Positions 14,345 to 26,982 of a stretch of DNA of 64,000 bases are shown piece by piece. Each line of letters begins with the position of its first letter. Position 1 is the first letter of the stretch. This DNA is from Escherichia coli 042 (GTDB lineage Bacteria; Pseudomonadota; Gammaproteobacteria; Enterobacterales; Enterobacteriaceae): assembly GCF_000027125.1 (NCBI RefSeq), contig NC_017626.1. One strand, 5' to 3'. The position numbers and the translations under genes were made by a program. Under the pieces are notes generated by a model, which ran no database searches, was not told where the DNA came from, and saw nothing but the letters and a program-made list of their open reading frames with translations.

Positions 14345-14367
14345 AGGCGGAGGTTTTTCCCTCCGCC
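14345..14367. terminator. Hairpin between convergent aldA and gapC
   Basis: Inverted repeat aggcggagg / cctccgcct with a 5-nt loop. Confidence 0.5.
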
Positions 14368-14375
14368 TTTGCGCG

Positions 14376-15377
14376 TCAGAGTTTAGCGAATTTTTCGAGG
14401 GTGCGAATAAGCTGCGTGACGAAGCCATATTCGTTATCGTACCAGGCGACCGTTTTCACCAGTTGTAAATCGCCCACGGCGGTAATTTCCGTTTGCGTGG
14501 CATCAAACACCGACCCGAAATGGCTGCCAATGATATCAGAAGAGACTATTTCTTCATCGGTATAACCAAATGACTCGTTATTGTTTGTCGCCTTTTTAAG
14601 CGCGTTGTTCACCTCTTCGGCAGTCACTTTTTTTCCAAGAATAGACACCAGTTCAGTCACCGAACCTGTTTTCACGGGTACGCGTTGCGCATGACCTTTC
14701 AGTTTGCCGCTCAGTTCCGGGATCACCAGACCAATGGCTTTTGCCGCACCTGTAGTGTGGGGAATGATATTTTCTGCCGCTGCACGTGAAGCGCGTAGAT
14801 CTTTACCTCGCGGACCATCCACCAGTGACTGAGTGCCGGTATAGGCATGAATGGTCGTCATCGTGCCGACTTCTATTCCGAAACTGTCGTGCAAGGCTTT
14901 GGCCATCGGTGCAAGACAGTTAGTGGTGCATGACGCCACGGAAACAATGGTGTCGTTGCCATCCAGTGTGTCGTCATTGACGTTATAAACGATGGTTTTC
15001 ATTTCACCGGCAGGGGCGGAAATCAACACTTTCTTCGCACCAGCATCAAGATGCGCCTGCGATTTCTCGGCGGAGGTATAAAAGCCAGTACATTCGACAA
15101 TGATTTCTGCGCCTTTCGCTTTCCATGGAATATTTTTAGCCTCTTTTTCGGCGTAAACCGCGATACTTTTTCCATCAACGATAAGTGAATCTTCCGTAAA
15201 ATCAACGCGCCAGGGGAACGGACCATAGTTTGAATCATGTTTCAGCAGATAGGCGAGAATTTTTGGGGAAGTGAGATCATTAATAGCAACAATGTCTATG
15301 TTGCTTTTGACTTCAAGTAATCGACGCAACACCAGTCGACCGATACGACCAAAACCGTTAATACCAACTTTACTCAT
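14376..15377 (-). CDS. gapC: Glyceraldehyde-3-phosphate dehydrogenase C (intact)
   Basis: Uninterrupted 333-aa ORF with NAD-binding GFGRIGR and catalytic SCTTNC motifs. Confidence 0.9.
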   Translation of the reverse strand: MSKVGINGFGRIGRLVLRRLLEVKSNIDIVAINDLTSPKILAYLLKHDSNYGPFPWRVDFTEDSLIVDGKSIAVYAEKEAKNIPWKAKGAEIIVECTGFYTSAEKSQAHLDAGAKKVLISAPAGEMKTIVYNVNDDTLDGNDTIVSVASCTTNCLAPMAKALHDSFGIEVGTMTTIHAYTGTQSLVDGPRGKDLRASRAAAENIIPHTTGAAKAIGLVIPELSGKLKGHAQRVPVKTGSVTELVSILGKKVTAEEVNNALKKATNNNESFGYTDEEIVSSDIIGSHFGSVFDATQTEITAVGDLQLVKTVAWYDNEYGFVTQLIRTLEKFAKL

Positions 15378-15565
15378 GGTCTTCTCCTGTCAGGAACGTT
15401 CGGATGAAAATTGATCCTTTCCAGGCTTAGACCAGGATGGCGGGATGGGCAATCTACATTCTTGCCGTGAAACGTAACGTACTGAAAACGGGTGAACAAT
15501 ATTTAATGAAATTTTAAGAAAAGCTCGTTATGTTAACGGAAAATTGTTTTAAAGCAGGAAATGTT

Positions 15566-16096
15566 ATGGAAAATAAATACTCAAGGTTACAAATCAGCAT
15601 TCACTGGCTGGTCTTTTTGCTGGTTATCGCAGCGTATTGCGCAATGGAGTTTCGTGGTTTCTTCCCACGTAGCGATCGGCCGCTCATCAACATGATTCAT
15701 GTTTCCTGTGGCATCACAATTCTCGTGCTGATGGTGATTCGTCTTTTGTTAAGGCTGAAATACCCAACCCCGCCGATTATACCTAAGCCAAAACCGATGA
15801 TGACGGGACTGGCGCATTTGGGACATTTGGTGATCTATCTCCTGTTTATTGCGCTGCCAGTGATTGGTTTGGTGATGATGTATAACCGGGGCAACCCGTG
15901 GTTTGCGTTTGGTATGACGATGCCTTATGCATCAGAGGCCAATTTCGAACGGGTTGATAGCTTAAAGTCGTGGCATGAAACGCTGGCAAATCTGGGATAC
16001 TTTGTCATCGGGTTGCACGCTGCGGCTGCACTGGCACACCACTATTTCTGGAAGGACAACACACTTCTACGCATGATGCCGCGTAAACGTTCCTGA
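15566..16096 (+). CDS. cybB: Cytochrome b561
   Basis: ORF from 15530; start placed at MENKYSRLQISIHW (176 aa); multi-TM, His-rich haem ligands. Confidence 0.9.
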   Translation: MENKYSRLQISIHWLVFLLVIAAYCAMEFRGFFPRSDRPLINMIHVSCGITILVLMVIRLLLRLKYPTPPIIPKPKPMMTGLAHLGHLVIYLLFIALPVIGLVMMYNRGNPWFAFGMTMPYASEANFERVDSLKSWHETLANLGYFVIGLHAAAALAHHYFWKDNTLLRMMPRKRS

Positions 16097-16340
16097 AGGA
16101 TATTTAAAGAAAACGCCTGTACTAAAACCGACCCGTGGTACAGGCGAAGAATACGGGTCTACATCGGAAGCGCCTATTATATTTATTTGTGTGACAAATA
16201 AAACCATAATCCTGGTCCATACGTCCATCTGGCTTATCTTTAATCAATTCACCCGATCTTTGATCTCATCAACGGTATCAAAATAAACCAGCGTATAACG
16301 TTCAAATCGAACATAAGATTCGATAAACCATGGAGGTTAT

Positions 16341-16514
16341 ATGAAAAAACTGGCACTCATCTTTGTTATAGGAGCGCTTGTTTCCTTTTATGCCGATGCC
16401 GGGCGCAAACCCTGTTCTGGTTCGAAAGGGGGGATCTCACACTGTACGGCAGGCGGCAAATTTGTCTGTAATGATGGTTCTATTAGTGCATCGAAAAAAA
16501 CATGCACTAACTGA
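16341..16514 (+). CDS. ydcA: Small secreted protein YdcA
   Basis: 57-aa ORF MKKLALIFVIGALVSFYADAGRKPCSG... with signal peptide and SD ggagg; below the 60-aa cutoff of the ORF track. Confidence 0.75.
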   Translation: MKKLALIFVIGALVSFYADAGRKPCSGSKGGISHCTAGGKFVCNDGSISASKKTCTN

Positions 16515-16560
16515 AGCGTAAAAAGGGGTGCCATGAGAAAATGAATCTGCTAGTCAGATG

Positions 16561-16579
16561 CGCGGGGAAAATCCCCGCG
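16561..16579. terminator. Perfect hairpin between ydcA and hokB
   Basis: cgcgggg aaaat ccccgcg palindrome immediately 3' of hokB on the minus strand. Confidence 0.6.
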
Positions 16580-16586
16580 CTTGCCC

Positions 16587-16736
<150 letters not shown>

Positions 16737-16759
16737 AGCCTTTCTCCTTGCCGGATGGC

Positions 16760-16830
16760 GGGTAAGAGGCTAAGATCTGAATTGCTAGGTTCATTCGTTG
16801 GCCTCGGTTGATAGAAATATCGGTCGGGGC
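16760..16830 (+). ncRNA. sokB: Probable sokB antisense RNA region (approximate)
   Basis: Position antisense to the mokB/hokB leader, by analogy with hok/sok loci; boundaries not determined. Confidence 0.3.
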
Positions 16831-17134
16831 CTTCGTCTTTCTGATTCCCGGTTAGCCTGAAAACAGAAAGTCTCAGGCACCCGTGAGCATCCTATGTGGT
16901 TTCCTTAGGGACGAAAATAATCACCTGACGAAATTGCGTGCTGTTTTCCAGAATTTTTCGTCATTCGGTTTAGCCAGTTTAATCATTCGTTACTCTCTTC
17001 ATTCCAATGGCATTATTCTTCTCTGCCATAATTGTTGTAAAAATGTGACGCAAAGAGGTTTTTGGTCGTAAGAAATTACCGTCAAGTGCCGATGACTTTC
17101 TATCAGGAGTAAACCTGGAAGAGAGTCAACGGTA

Positions 17135-18775
17135 ATGAATACAACTCCCTCACAGCGATTAGGTTTTTTGCATCACATCAGGCTGGTTCCGTTATTTGCC
17201 TGCATTCTTGGCGGTATCTTAGTTCTATTCGCATTAAGTTCAGCTCTGGCTGGCTATTTCCTCTGGCAGGCCGATCGCGATCAGCGTGATGTTACTGCGG
17301 AGATTGAGATTCGGACCGGGTTAGCGAACAGTTCAGATTTTTTGCGTTCAGCCCGGATCAATATGATTCAGGCCGGTGCTGCGAGTCGTATTGCGGAAAT
17401 GGAAGCAATGAAGCGAAATATTGCGCAAGCCGAATCGGAGATTAAACAGTCGCAGCAAGGTTATCGTGCTTATCAGAATCGGTCGGTGAAAACACCTGCT
17501 GATGAAGCCCTCGACACTGAATTAAATCAACGCTTCCAGGCTTATATCACGGGTATGCAACCGATGTTGAAATATGCCAAAAATGGCATGTTTGAAGCGA
17601 TTATCAATCATGAAAGTGAGCAGATCCGACCGCTGGATAATGCTTATACCGATATTTTGAGCAAAGCCGTTAAGATACGTAGCACCAGAGCCAACCAACT
17701 GGCGGAACTGGCCCATCAGCGCACCCGCCTGGGTGGGATGTTCATGATTGGCGCGTTTGTGCTTGCCCTGGTCATGACGCTGATAACATTTATGGTGCTA
17801 CGTCGGATCGTCATTCGTCCATTGCAACATGCCGCACAACGGATTGAAAAAATCGCCAGTGGCGATCTGACGATGAATGATGATCCGGCAGGTCGTAATG
17901 AAATCGGTCGCTTAAGTCGTCATTTACAGCAAATGCAGCATTCACTGGGGATGACAGTAGGGACCGTTCGACAGGGCGCGGAAGAGATTTATCGTGGCAC
18001 CAGCGAAATTTCCGCTGGCAATGCGGACCTTTCATCTCGCACCGAAGAACAAGCGGCGGCAATTGAACAAACTGCCGCCAGCATGGAGCAACTCACTGCG
18101 ACGGTGAAACAGAATACAGATAACGCGCATCATGCCAGCAAACTGGCGCAGGAGGCTTCTATTAAAGCCAGCGATGGCGGGCAGACGGTTTCCGGTGTAG
18201 TAAAAACGATGGGCGCTATCTCCACGAGTTCGAAGAAAATTTCCGAGATCACCGCCGTCATCAACAGTATTGCTTTCCAGACGAATATTCTGGCACTGAA
18301 TGCTGCCGTTGAAGCCGCGCGAGCGGGTGAGCAAGGGCGTGGATTTGCCGTTGTCGCCAGCGAAGTACGGACACTCGCAAGCCGCAGCGCCCAGGCGGCG
18401 AAAGAGATTGAAGGCTTGATCAGTGAATCAGTCAGGTTAATTGACCTGGGGTCGGATGAGGTAGCAACGGCAGGGAAAACCATGAGCACTATTGTTGATG
18501 CCGTCGCGAGTGTCACACATATCATGCAGGAAATCGCCGCCGCCTCGGATGAACAAAGCAGAGGCATAACACAGGTTAGCCAGGCGATTTCTGAAATGGA
18601 TAAGGTGACGCAACAGAATGCTTCTCTGGTAGAAGAGGCCTCAGCGGCGGCGGTGTCCCTTGAAGAACAGGCGGCACGATTAACTGAGGCGGTGGACGTA
18701 TTCCGTCTGAACAAACATTCTGTGTCGGCCGAACCTCGCGGAGCGGGTGAACCAGTTAGATTCGCTACGGTGTGA
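17135..18775 (+). CDS. trg: Methyl-accepting chemotaxis protein III (ribose/galactose)
   Basis: 546-aa ORF with two TM segments, HAMP domain and conserved MCP signalling domain. Confidence 0.95.
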   Translation: MNTTPSQRLGFLHHIRLVPLFACILGGILVLFALSSALAGYFLWQADRDQRDVTAEIEIRTGLANSSDFLRSARINMIQAGAASRIAEMEAMKRNIAQAESEIKQSQQGYRAYQNRSVKTPADEALDTELNQRFQAYITGMQPMLKYAKNGMFEAIINHESEQIRPLDNAYTDILSKAVKIRSTRANQLAELAHQRTRLGGMFMIGAFVLALVMTLITFMVLRRIVIRPLQHAAQRIEKIASGDLTMNDDPAGRNEIGRLSRHLQQMQHSLGMTVGTVRQGAEEIYRGTSEISAGNADLSSRTEEQAAAIEQTAASMEQLTATVKQNTDNAHHASKLAQEASIKASDGGQTVSGVVKTMGAISTSSKKISEITAVINSIAFQTNILALNAAVEAARAGEQGRGFAVVASEVRTLASRSAQAAKEIEGLISESVRLIDLGSDEVATAGKTMSTIVDAVASVTHIMQEIAAASDEQSRGITQVSQAISEMDKVTQQNASLVEEASAAAVSLEEQAARLTEAVDVFRLNKHSVSAEPRGAGEPVRFATV

Positions 18776-18812
18776 AAATGTTAAAGGAGGGATCGACAGA
18801 TCCCTTCACCTT

Positions 18813-19736
18813 TCAGAACGGCATTGATTTTCGAATAGCGTTAATCATCAACTGGCAACCAGAAGAGAACGTCGCATCTACGCGGGTCAGTATTCCAATC
18901 GGTTCGCCTGCACCATGACCCGGAACAGGCAGGGCCACCAGCGTGGCATGACGCAGGTCGTCTTTTACAGCGCCAGAAGGGACAAACCACACGTAGTCGT
19001 ATTCAACCGTAAGTTGACGAGATAGCGAAGCAGACAGTGTTTCGATACAGCCCGAAGGAATTTTACAGCCCTGGCTCTGCACTAATGCATCTGAATGCTG
19101 GCGTGGCGCAGTGCCTTCTGGTGATACAACAACCGGCCATTCCAGCACCCGGCTTAGCGTTACGTTCTCCTGAAGTAGCGGGTGATTAGGGCGGACAACC
19201 AGCTTCAGCGATTCAAGAAACAGCAGTTCGTAATTAAGCCCGGTCATCAGTTCAGGATCTGACATCCGACCAATGCCGATATCGATTTCCCCGGTTTTTA
19301 AACCTGCCAGAATCATAGGGTTACTCATTGTCGCAACTTGCAAGGTCGTCTCTTTTTGTTGCTGATGAAACTGACCTATAACCGAAGGTAATATCCCCAG
19401 TGCCGCAGTAGGTAGTGCACCAACCCTGACGACATCATTATTAAGACCTTCTTTACGATGAAGCGACTGTCCGGCAGTGTTGATGGCGTCAAGAACTCTG
19501 ACTGCATGCGTTAAAAATTGTTCGCCGGGTAAGGTAAGTTGCGCCCCCTGACGACCACGCTCAAACAAGCGAGCGCCCGTCAGTTGCTCCAGTTCATTCA
19601 ATGTCTTAGAGAGCGCAGGTTGACTCAAATTAAGGGTTTCAGCCGCGCGCCCCAAAGTTCCTTGTTGTGCGACAGCTACGAATGTATGAAGGTGGCGCAA
19701 ACGGATGCGCTGACTAAACAGACTATTTTTTTCCAT
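18813..19736 (-). CDS. ydcI: LysR-family transcriptional regulator YdcI
   Basis: ORF extends to 19805; start placed at MEKNSLFSQRIRLRHLHTFVAVAQ (307 aa); N-terminal HTH. Confidence 0.88.
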   Translation of the reverse strand: MEKNSLFSQRIRLRHLHTFVAVAQQGTLGRAAETLNLSQPALSKTLNELEQLTGARLFERGRQGAQLTLPGEQFLTHAVRVLDAINTAGQSLHRKEGLNNDVVRVGALPTAALGILPSVIGQFHQQQKETTLQVATMSNPMILAGLKTGEIDIGIGRMSDPELMTGLNYELLFLESLKLVVRPNHPLLQENVTLSRVLEWPVVVSPEGTAPRQHSDALVQSQGCKIPSGCIETLSASLSRQLTVEYDYVWFVPSGAVKDDLRHATLVALPVPGHGAGEPIGILTRVDATFSSGCQLMINAIRKSMPF

Positions 19737-19952
19737 AAGCGATGTTAAAAACGAAGCGGTGTCGCTGACAAGTGAAGTTGTTTGATTATGATAACTTGAT
19801 TGCAAAATATTATTAACAATTAAAGCAATTGTATTACATCAAAATGGGTAATATTAATGTTTTCGCGGCGAGATCACAGTTTGCAAATTCTTCCCGCCAG
19901 AGTGAATGCGGTTACCTACACTCCAGATTACTGACCACTGGAGGCAGACATT

Positions 19953-21296
19953 ATGGCGAACAGCATCACGGCGGATGAGATTCGGGAACAGTTTTCGCAG
20001 GCAATGTCAGCCATGTACCAGCAAGAAGTTCCGCAGTACGGCACGCTGCTGGAACTGGTAGCTGATGTGAATCTGGCTGTGCTGGAAAACAATCCTCAAC
20101 TGCACGAAAAAATGGTAAATGCAGACGAGCTGGCGCGACTGAATGTTGAACGTCATGGGGCGATTCGCGTTGGGACTGCACAAGAGCTTGCTACTCTTCG
20201 GCGGATGTTTGCCATTATGGGGATGTACCCGGTGAGCTATTACGATCTCTCGCAGGCGGGCGTGCCGGTACATTCCACAGCATTTCGGCCCATTGATGAT
20301 GCTTCTCTGGCGCGTAATCCCTTCCGCGTTTTTACCTCCTTACTCCGCCTTGAGCTTATCGAGAACGAAATTTTGCGCCAGAAAGCGGCGGAGATTCTGC
20401 GTCAGCGCGATATCTTCACCCCACGTTGTCGACAACTGTTAGAGGAATATGAGCAGCAGGGCGGTTTTAACGAAACACAGGCACAGGAGTTTGTGCAGGA
20501 AGCCCTGGAAACGTTTCGCTGGCACCAGTCAGCGACGGTGGATGAAGTAACCTATTGCGCCTTGCATAACGAACATCGGCTGATTGCTGATGTGGTCTGT
20601 TTTCCTGGATGCCATATCAACCACCTGACGCCACGCACGCTGGATATTGACCGGGTGCAGTCGATGATGCCTGAATGCGGAATTGAACCCAAAATTCTGA
20701 TCGAAGGGCCGCCGCGCCGCGAGGTACCGATTTTACTACGCCAGACCAGTTTTAAAGCACTGGAAGAGACGGTGTTGTTTGCAGGGCAGAAACAGGGCAC
20801 GCATACCGCGCGCTTTGGTGAAATAGAGCAGCGTGGCGTGGCATTAACGCCGAAAGGACGACAACTGTATGATGATCTACTGCGGAACGCTGGAACCGGG
20901 CAGGATAATCTCACTCACCAAATGCATTTACAGGAAACCTTCCGCACTTTTCCTGACAGTGAGTTTTTAATGCGTCAGCAAGGGTTGGCATGGTTCCGGT
21001 ACCGTCTGACGCCTTCAGGTGAGGCGCATCGTCAGGCGATTCATTCCGGAGACGATCCACAGCCCTTAATTGAACGTGGTTGGGTAGTGGCGCAACCCAT
21101 TACCTATGAAGATTTCTTGCCCGTTAGCGCGGCGGGGATCTTCCAGTCAAATCTGGGTAATGAAACGCAGGCACGCAGTCACGGTAATGCCAGTCGCGAA
21201 ACATTTGAGCAGGCGTTGGGCTGCCCGGTTTTGGATGAGTTCCAGCTTTATCAGGAAGCGGAAGAACGCAGTAAACGTCGCTGTGGTTTGCTTTAA
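19953..21296 (+). CDS. ydcJ: DUF1338 family protein YdcJ
   Basis: 447-aa ORF at the conserved position, divergent from ydcI. Confidence 0.88.
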   Translation: MANSITADEIREQFSQAMSAMYQQEVPQYGTLLELVADVNLAVLENNPQLHEKMVNADELARLNVERHGAIRVGTAQELATLRRMFAIMGMYPVSYYDLSQAGVPVHSTAFRPIDDASLARNPFRVFTSLLRLELIENEILRQKAAEILRQRDIFTPRCRQLLEEYEQQGGFNETQAQEFVQEALETFRWHQSATVDEVTYCALHNEHRLIADVVCFPGCHINHLTPRTLDIDRVQSMMPECGIEPKILIEGPPRREVPILLRQTSFKALEETVLFAGQKQGTHTARFGEIEQRGVALTPKGRQLYDDLLRNAGTGQDNLTHQMHLQETFRTFPDSEFLMRQQGLAWFRYRLTPSGEAHRQAIHSGDDPQPLIERGWVVAQPITYEDFLPVSAAGIFQSNLGNETQARSHGNASRETFEQALGCPVLDEFQLYQEAEERSKRRCGLL

Positions 21297-21520
21297 ATTC
21301 TGACCATCCGCCTTTGCAAAAATTTGCCTGATTTTACAAACGAATCAGGCTCATCCCATCGACATAAAAAAATTGCCGATTAATGCATATTCTCTCAGTT
21401 CAACAATTGGATTATTAATAAATATTGTCTAGAGTGAGCGGTCATAAATAAGCACTTTCTTGCCGCTGAAAACGACCAGCGCGGGACCATTCACAACACC
21501 AGAAGGACTCACTTTCAGGT

Positions 21521-23176
21521 ATGGATCGTAGACGATTTATTAAAGGTTCAATGGCTATGGCCGCCGTGTGCGGTACCAGCGGCATTGCTTCTCTTTTTTC
21601 TCAGGCGGCATTCGCGGCAGATTCTGATATTGCCGACGGGCAAACCCAGCGTTTTGACTTCTCCATTCTACAGTCAATGGCGCACGACCTAGCGCAAACA
21701 GCGTGGCGTGGTGCGCCGCGTCCGTTACCTGACACTCTGGCGACAATGACGCCGCAGGCTTATAACAGTATTCAATACGACGCCGAAAAATCGCTCTGGC
21801 ATAACGTTGAGAACCGTCAACTGGACGCTCAGTTCTTCCATATGGGAATGGGTTTCCGTCGCCGCGTTCGTATGTTTTCTGTTGATCCCGCAACACATCT
21901 GGCGCGTGAAATTCACTTTCGCCCGGAGTTGTTCAAATACAACGATGCGGGTGTTGATACCAAACAATTAGAAGGGCAAAGCGATCTCGGCTTTGCCGGT
22001 TTTCGCGTGTTTAAAGCCCCCGAACTGGCGCGTCGTGATGTAGTATCATTCCTCGGTGCGAGTTATTTCCGCGCCGTTGATGACACATATCAATATGGTT
22101 TGTCGGCTCGCGGCCTGGCGATCGACACTTACACCGACAGTAAAGAAGAGTTCCCCGACTTTACCGCCTTCTGGTTTGATACGGTAAAACCGGGGGCAAC
22201 TACCTTTACCGTTTATGCGTTGCTCGATAGCGCCAGTATTACTGGTGCCTATAAGTTCACTATCCATTGTGAGAAAAGTCAGGTGATTATGGATGTGGAA
22301 AATCACCTGTATGCGCGCAAAGACATTAAACAGCTGGGCATTGCGCCGATGACCAGCATGTTCAGCTGCGGCACTAATGAACGTCGGATGTGCGACACCA
22401 TTCATCCGCAAATCCATGACTCTGATCGTCTGTCCATGTGGCGGGGCAACGGCGAGTGGATTTGCCGTCCGCTGAATAATCCGCAAAAATTGCAGTTCAA
22501 TGCTTACACCGACAACAACCCGAAAGGGTTTGGTTTATTGCAACTGGATCGTGATTTCTCCCATTATCAGGACATTATGGGCTGGTATAACAAACGCCCA
22601 AGTCTGTGGGTGGAACCGCGTAACAAGTGGGGTAAGGGCACCATCGGCCTGATGGAAATCCCAACAACGGGCGAAACGCTGGATAACATTGTCTGCTTCT
22701 GGCAGCCAGAAAAAGCTGTAAAAGCGGGTGATGAGTTTGCATTCCAGTATCGTCTGTACTGGAGTGCGCAACCGCCTGTTCATTGCCCATTAGCGCGCGT
22801 TATGGCGACGCGTACCGGCATGGGCGGTTTCCCGGAAGGTTGGGCGCCAGGTGAACACTATCCCGAAAAGTGGGCGCGTCGTTTTGCCGTCGATTTCGTT
22901 GGTGGTGATCTGAAAGCTGCCGCACCAAAAGGCATTGAGCCGGTGATTACGCTTTCCAGTGGGGAAGCGAAGCAAATCGAAATTCTCTATATTGAACCCA
23001 TTGAAGGTTATCGTATTCAGTTTGACTGGTATCCGACTTCGGACTCCACTGATCCGGTCGATATGCGGATGTATCTGCGTTGTCAGGGCGACGCTATCAG
23101 TGAAACATGGCTGTATCAGTATTTCCCACCAGCGCCGGATAAACGTCAGTATGTTGACGACCGCGTGATGAGTTAG
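21521..23176 (+). CDS. opgD: Glucans biosynthesis protein D (periplasmic, Tat-exported)
   Basis: 551-aa ORF; N-terminal twin-arginine motif [10 protein letters not shown]. Confidence 0.94.
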   Translation: MDRRRFIKGSMAMAAVCGTSGIASLFSQAAFAADSDIADGQTQRFDFSILQSMAHDLAQTAWRGAPRPLPDTLATMTPQAYNSIQYDAEKSLWHNVENRQLDAQFFHMGMGFRRRVRMFSVDPATHLAREIHFRPELFKYNDAGVDTKQLEGQSDLGFAGFRVFKAPELARRDVVSFLGASYFRAVDDTYQYGLSARGLAIDTYTDSKEEFPDFTAFWFDTVKPGATTFTVYALLDSASITGAYKFTIHCEKSQVIMDVENHLYARKDIKQLGIAPMTSMFSCGTNERRMCDTIHPQIHDSDRLSMWRGNGEWICRPLNNPQKLQFNAYTDNNPKGFGLLQLDRDFSHYQDIMGWYNKRPSLWVEPRNKWGKGTIGLMEIPTTGETLDNIVCFWQPEKAVKAGDEFAFQYRLYWSAQPPVHCPLARVMATRTGMGGFPEGWAPGEHYPEKWARRFAVDFVGGDLKAAAPKGIEPVITLSSGEAKQIEILYIEPIEGYRIQFDWYPTSDSTDPVDMRMYLRCQGDAISETWLYQYFPPAPDKRQYVDDRVMS

Positions 23177-23315
23177 TCGTTTTTTCTTCGGCACCTTCTT
23201 CGGGAGGTGCCGTCTGGTTAAACACGATCCCGCTCGCATTTTTCCCTAAGTTAAATGAGTAATCTGATGGTGTGTATTTCAGATACACCTTGTCAGCCAC
23301 TAACAGGGAGTGCGT

Positions 23316-23540
23316 ATGTTTCCAGAATACCGAGATTTAATATCCCGTCTGAAAAACGAAAATCCTCGCTTTATGTCCTTGTTCGATAAACACAATAAAC
23401 TTGATCATGAAATTGCCAGAAAGGAAGGTTCCGACGGTCGAGGGTACAATGCGGAAGTGGTCCGCATGAAAAAACAAAAGCTACAGTTAAAAGATGAGAT
23501 GCTCAAAATCCTGCAGCAGGAGAGCGTCAAAGAGGTGTAA
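23316..23540 (+). CDS. ydcH: DUF465 family protein YdcH
   Basis: 74-aa coiled-coil ORF MFPEYRDLISRLKNENPRF... Confidence 0.8.
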   Translation: MFPEYRDLISRLKNENPRFMSLFDKHNKLDHEIARKEGSDGRGYNAEVVRMKKQKLQLKDEMLKILQQESVKEV

Positions 23541-23548
23541 ACTTTCCT

Positions 23549-23575
23549 AAGCCGCCAGCCAGGCGGCTTTTTTAA
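23549..23575 (+). terminator. Rho-independent terminator after ydcH
   Basis: gccgcc agcc aggcggc hairpin followed by tttttt. Confidence 0.7.
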
Positions 23576-23602
23576 CAACTGCATGGAGTGACTGGAGATA
23601 AG

Positions 23603-24142
23603 ATGACTGAAACGATAAAAGTAAGCGAATCACTTGAATTACATGCTGTTGCAGAAAATCACGTCACACCTCTTTATCAGTTAATCTGTAAAAATAAAAC
23701 CTGGTTACAGCAGTCGCTAAACTGGCCGCAGTTTGTTCAAATTGAAGAGGACACACGAAAAACGGTGCAGGGCAATGTAATGTTGCATCAACGCGGCTAT
23801 GCCAAAATGTTCATGATTTTCAAAGAAGATGAACTTATCGGCGTTATCTCGTTTAATCGTATTGAACCACTGAATAAAACCGCTGAAATCGGCTACTGGC
23901 TGGACGAATCTCATCAGGGGCAGGGGATCATTTCTCAGGCGCTGCAGGCATTGATTCATCATTATGCTCAGTCTGGTGAACTTAGACGCTTCGTGATCAA
24001 ATGTCGGGTGGACAATGCGCAAAGCAACCAGGTCGCTTTGCGCAATGGTTTTATCCTTGAAGGTTGCCTGAAACAGGCTGAGTTTCTGAATGATGCCTAT
24101 GATGATGTGAACTTATACGCGCGTATTATCGATTCACAATAA
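23603..24142 (+). CDS. rimL: Ribosomal-protein L7/L12 serine acetyltransferase (GNAT)
   Basis: 179-aa [23 protein letters not shown]... with GNAT motif [11 protein letters not shown]. Confidence 0.9.
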   Translation: MTETIKVSESLELHAVAENHVTPLYQLICKNKTWLQQSLNWPQFVQIEEDTRKTVQGNVMLHQRGYAKMFMIFKEDELIGVISFNRIEPLNKTAEIGYWLDESHQGQGIISQALQALIHHYAQSGELRRFVIKCRVDNAQSNQVALRNGFILEGCLKQAEFLNDAYDDVNLYARIIDSQ

Positions 24143-25114
24143 CCCTGCCAGCGGCGTTCGCGTAATGCGCTCTTCGCCGTTAATGACTTTTGGACCACGG
24201 ACATGAACCGTGTCGCCATCAAAGGCTTCAACGACGGCGTGGTCGGTTAACTCCACATGGTTTTCAATTATCACCGCACCTGTAATACGGCTCTCACCTT
24301 GTATTACAACGTGCTCGTCGAGCAGAATCGGTCCGCCACGTACCACGGCATTTCCGCCAATCAAGACATGATGTTTTAACACACAATTACCTTCCACAAT
24401 GGCATATTCCGCTACCTGCGAACTGTAATGAATTGTCGGAATGGCATCTTCTTCTATGCCAGCTTTCACCTGCGCGTGACCGTAGACTTTAGCACAATCG
24501 CATAGCCAGACGTTGTTCTCTTCATTACCTTCAACGCTGGCAAAATCAAAAACTTCGGCGCGATGTTCAATAAAAGCATACCGGACGACGGCATCGCCAT
24601 AAATTTGTGCCTGGTGAACAATACGCGAGGCGCTAACCCTTGCGCGATCATAAATTTGTAGCAGGAGTTGATGGTCGGAGGTTAAGCCTTGCGCGGCGAC
24701 GATCATAGAATGTTGATCAATTAAGGCGTGACCAAATATTCTACATTGACCGCAAACTAATGCGTCACGAATGGTGACGCTGTCACTTATATGTGCACCC
24801 TGACTGATTTCACTATTATCGATCCAGACGTTATCCGTTGCGTAAACCTCTCCCCAAAGGACGCTGGTGCCGGTGATACGCGTATTACCGGAAATCACCG
24901 TTCCGCCGAACGCAATAGCATTCTGATCGTAAATCCAGCAATTTCCTTCCTGCGCTAACACCGTTTCGCGATCGATCCAGCCGCCAGCGGTTCCTGCTAT
25001 CACATCGTTAAAATCGCTCATGGCGATAATTTGCCGTAATAACACACTTTTTTTAGTGCCATCATCCTGATAACTAAAGGCTCGCTGTTCTTCACTTAGA
25101 CGATATTTGCGCAT
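24134..25114 (-). CDS. ydcK: Hexapeptide-repeat (LbH) protein YdcK
   Basis: 326-aa ORF with repeated G-x-x-x-I/V hexapeptide-like segments. Confidence 0.88.
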   Translation of the reverse strand: MRKYRLSEEQRAFSYQDDGTKKSVLLRQIIAMSDFNDVIAGTAGGWIDRETVLAQEGNCWIYDQNAIAFGGTVISGNTRITGTSVLWGEVYATDNVWIDNSEISQGAHISDSVTIRDALVCGQCRIFGHALIDQHSMIVAAQGLTSDHQLLLQIYDRARVSASRIVHQAQIYGDAVVRYAFIEHRAEVFDFASVEGNEENNVWLCDCAKVYGHAQVKAGIEEDAIPTIHYSSQVAEYAIVEGNCVLKHHVLIGGNAVVRGGPILLDEHVVIQGESRITGAVIIENHVELTDHAVVEAFDGDTVHVRGPKVINGEERITRTPLAGLL

Positions 25115-25237
25115 AGCGTTTTCCCACAGGTGACTTACTATAACCGTAGCAAATTCTGCGGCTCTGGCTATGCTCGAGAAAATTCCATAAAATGCATTTC
25201 AAATATACTTTATAAATTAAACAAAATGAGTAAGAAG

Positions 25238-26230
25238 ATGCAGAGCGATAAAGTGCTCAATTTGCCGGCAGGCTACTTTGGTATTGTGTTGGGGACGATA
25301 GGGATGGGATTTGCCTGGCGCTATGCCAGCCAGGTTTGGCAGGTCAGCCACTGGTTAGGGGATGGGCTAGTGATTCTGGCGATGATCATCTGGGGATTAT
25401 TGACTAGCGCATTTATTACCCGACTCATACGCTTTCCGCATAGCGTGCTGGCGGAAGTGCGTCATCCAGTGATGAGCAGTTTTGTGAGTTTGTTTCCGGC
25501 AACGACGATGCTGGTGGCGATTGGTTTTGTTCCGTGGTTTCGCCCACTGGCGGTGTGCCTGTTCAGTTTTGGCGTCGTGGTGCAACTGGCTTATGCCGCC
25601 TGGCAAACTGCGGGATTATGGCGCGGATCTCATCCTGAAGAAGCTACCACGCCTGGACTGTATCTGCCGACAGTTGCCAACAACTTTATCAGCGCAATGG
25701 CCTGTGGTGCATTGGGCTACACCGACGCTGGTCTGGTGTTTTTAGGCGCAGGCGTTTTCTCATGGTTAAGCCTGGAACCGGTGATCTTGCAGCGTCTGCG
25801 CAGTTCGGGAGAATTACCCACGGCGCTGCGGACATCACTCGGCATTCAGCTCGCTCCTGCGCTGGTGGCCTGTAGTGCCTGGCTGAGCGTCAACGGCGGC
25901 GAGGGTGACACGCTGGCGAAAATGCTTTTCGGTTATGGGCTGCTGCAACTGCTGTTTATGCTACGTCTGATGCCATGGTATCTCTCCCAGCCATTTAATG
26001 CTTCATTCTGGAGTTTCTCGTTCGGCGTATCTGCACTGGCAACCACCGGTTTGCATCTGGGGAGTGGCAGCGATAATGGATTTTTCCATACGCTGGCGGT
26101 GCCGCTGTTTATCTTTACCAATTTTATAATTGCAATACTGCTCATCCGTACTTTCGCGCTTCTGATGCAGGGGAAATTGTTAATCAGAACCGAGCGCGCC
26201 GTTTTAATGAAAGCTGAGGACAAAGAATGA
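25238..26230 (+). CDS. tehA: Tellurite resistance / dicarboxylate-type transporter TehA
   Basis: ORF from 25130; start placed at [19 protein letters not shown] (330 aa); ~10 TM helices. Confidence 0.9.
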   Translation: MQSDKVLNLPAGYFGIVLGTIGMGFAWRYASQVWQVSHWLGDGLVILAMIIWGLLTSAFITRLIRFPHSVLAEVRHPVMSSFVSLFPATTMLVAIGFVPWFRPLAVCLFSFGVVVQLAYAAWQTAGLWRGSHPEEATTPGLYLPTVANNFISAMACGALGYTDAGLVFLGAGVFSWLSLEPVILQRLRSSGELPTALRTSLGIQLAPALVACSAWLSVNGGEGDTLAKMLFGYGLLQLLFMLRLMPWYLSQPFNASFWSFSFGVSALATTGLHLGSGSDNGFFHTLAVPLFIFTNFIIAILLIRTFALLMQGKLLIRTERAVLMKAEDKE

Positions 26231-26820
26231 TCATTCGTGACGAAAACTATTTTACTGATAAGTATGAATTAACCCGCACACACTCTGAAGTACTGGAAGC
26301 GGTGAAAGTGGTTAAACCCGGTAAAACGCTGGATCTGGGCTGTGGCAATGGTCGTAATAGTCTTTACCTGGCAGCCAATGGTTATGAAGTTGACGCATGG
26401 GATAAAAATGCCATGAGTATCGCCAACGTCGAGCGTATTAAATCCATTGAAAATCTGGATAATTTACACACCCGGGTCGTTGATCTGAATAACCTTACGT
26501 TTGATGGGCAATACGATTTTATTCTTTCGACTGTGGTGCTGATGTTCCTTGAGGCTAAAACCATCCCAGGGCTGATTGCCAATATGCAACGTTGCACTAA
26601 ACCTGGCGGTTACAACCTGATTGTGGCGGCGATGGATACCGCTGATTATCCATGTACCGTCGGCTTCCCGTTTGCCTTCAAAGAGGGAGAATTACGTCGA
26701 TATTACGAAGGCTGGGAGATGGTGAAATACAATGAAGACGTCGGCGAGCTGCACCGCACCGACGCCAACGGTAATCGTATTAAACTGCGTTTCGCCACGA
26801 TGCTGGCACGTAAAAAATAA
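26227..26820 (+). CDS. tehB: Tellurite methyltransferase TehB
   Basis: 197-aa ORF with SAM-binding motif [11 protein letters not shown]; start overlaps tehA stop. Confidence 0.94.
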   Translation: MIIRDENYFTDKYELTRTHSEVLEAVKVVKPGKTLDLGCGNGRNSLYLAANGYEVDAWDKNAMSIANVERIKSIENLDNLHTRVVDLNNLTFDGQYDFILSTVVLMFLEAKTIPGLIANMQRCTKPGGYNLIVAAMDTADYPCTVGFPFAFKEGELRRYYEGWEMVKYNEDVGELHRTDANGNRIKLRFATMLARKK

Positions 26821-26982
26821 CCTGGTAAGAACAAGGCGCGTGAAAATTCCCCACGCTGAGATGGTCTACTGTTCTTCTTTTCGGTAAGCATAATTTTTAT
26901 CGAATGGATGTGAAATTAATCACAGTAGTCGAAGTTTTTTAGCAGCTTAACTTACTGAAATTTAACTACTGATGATTGACTT

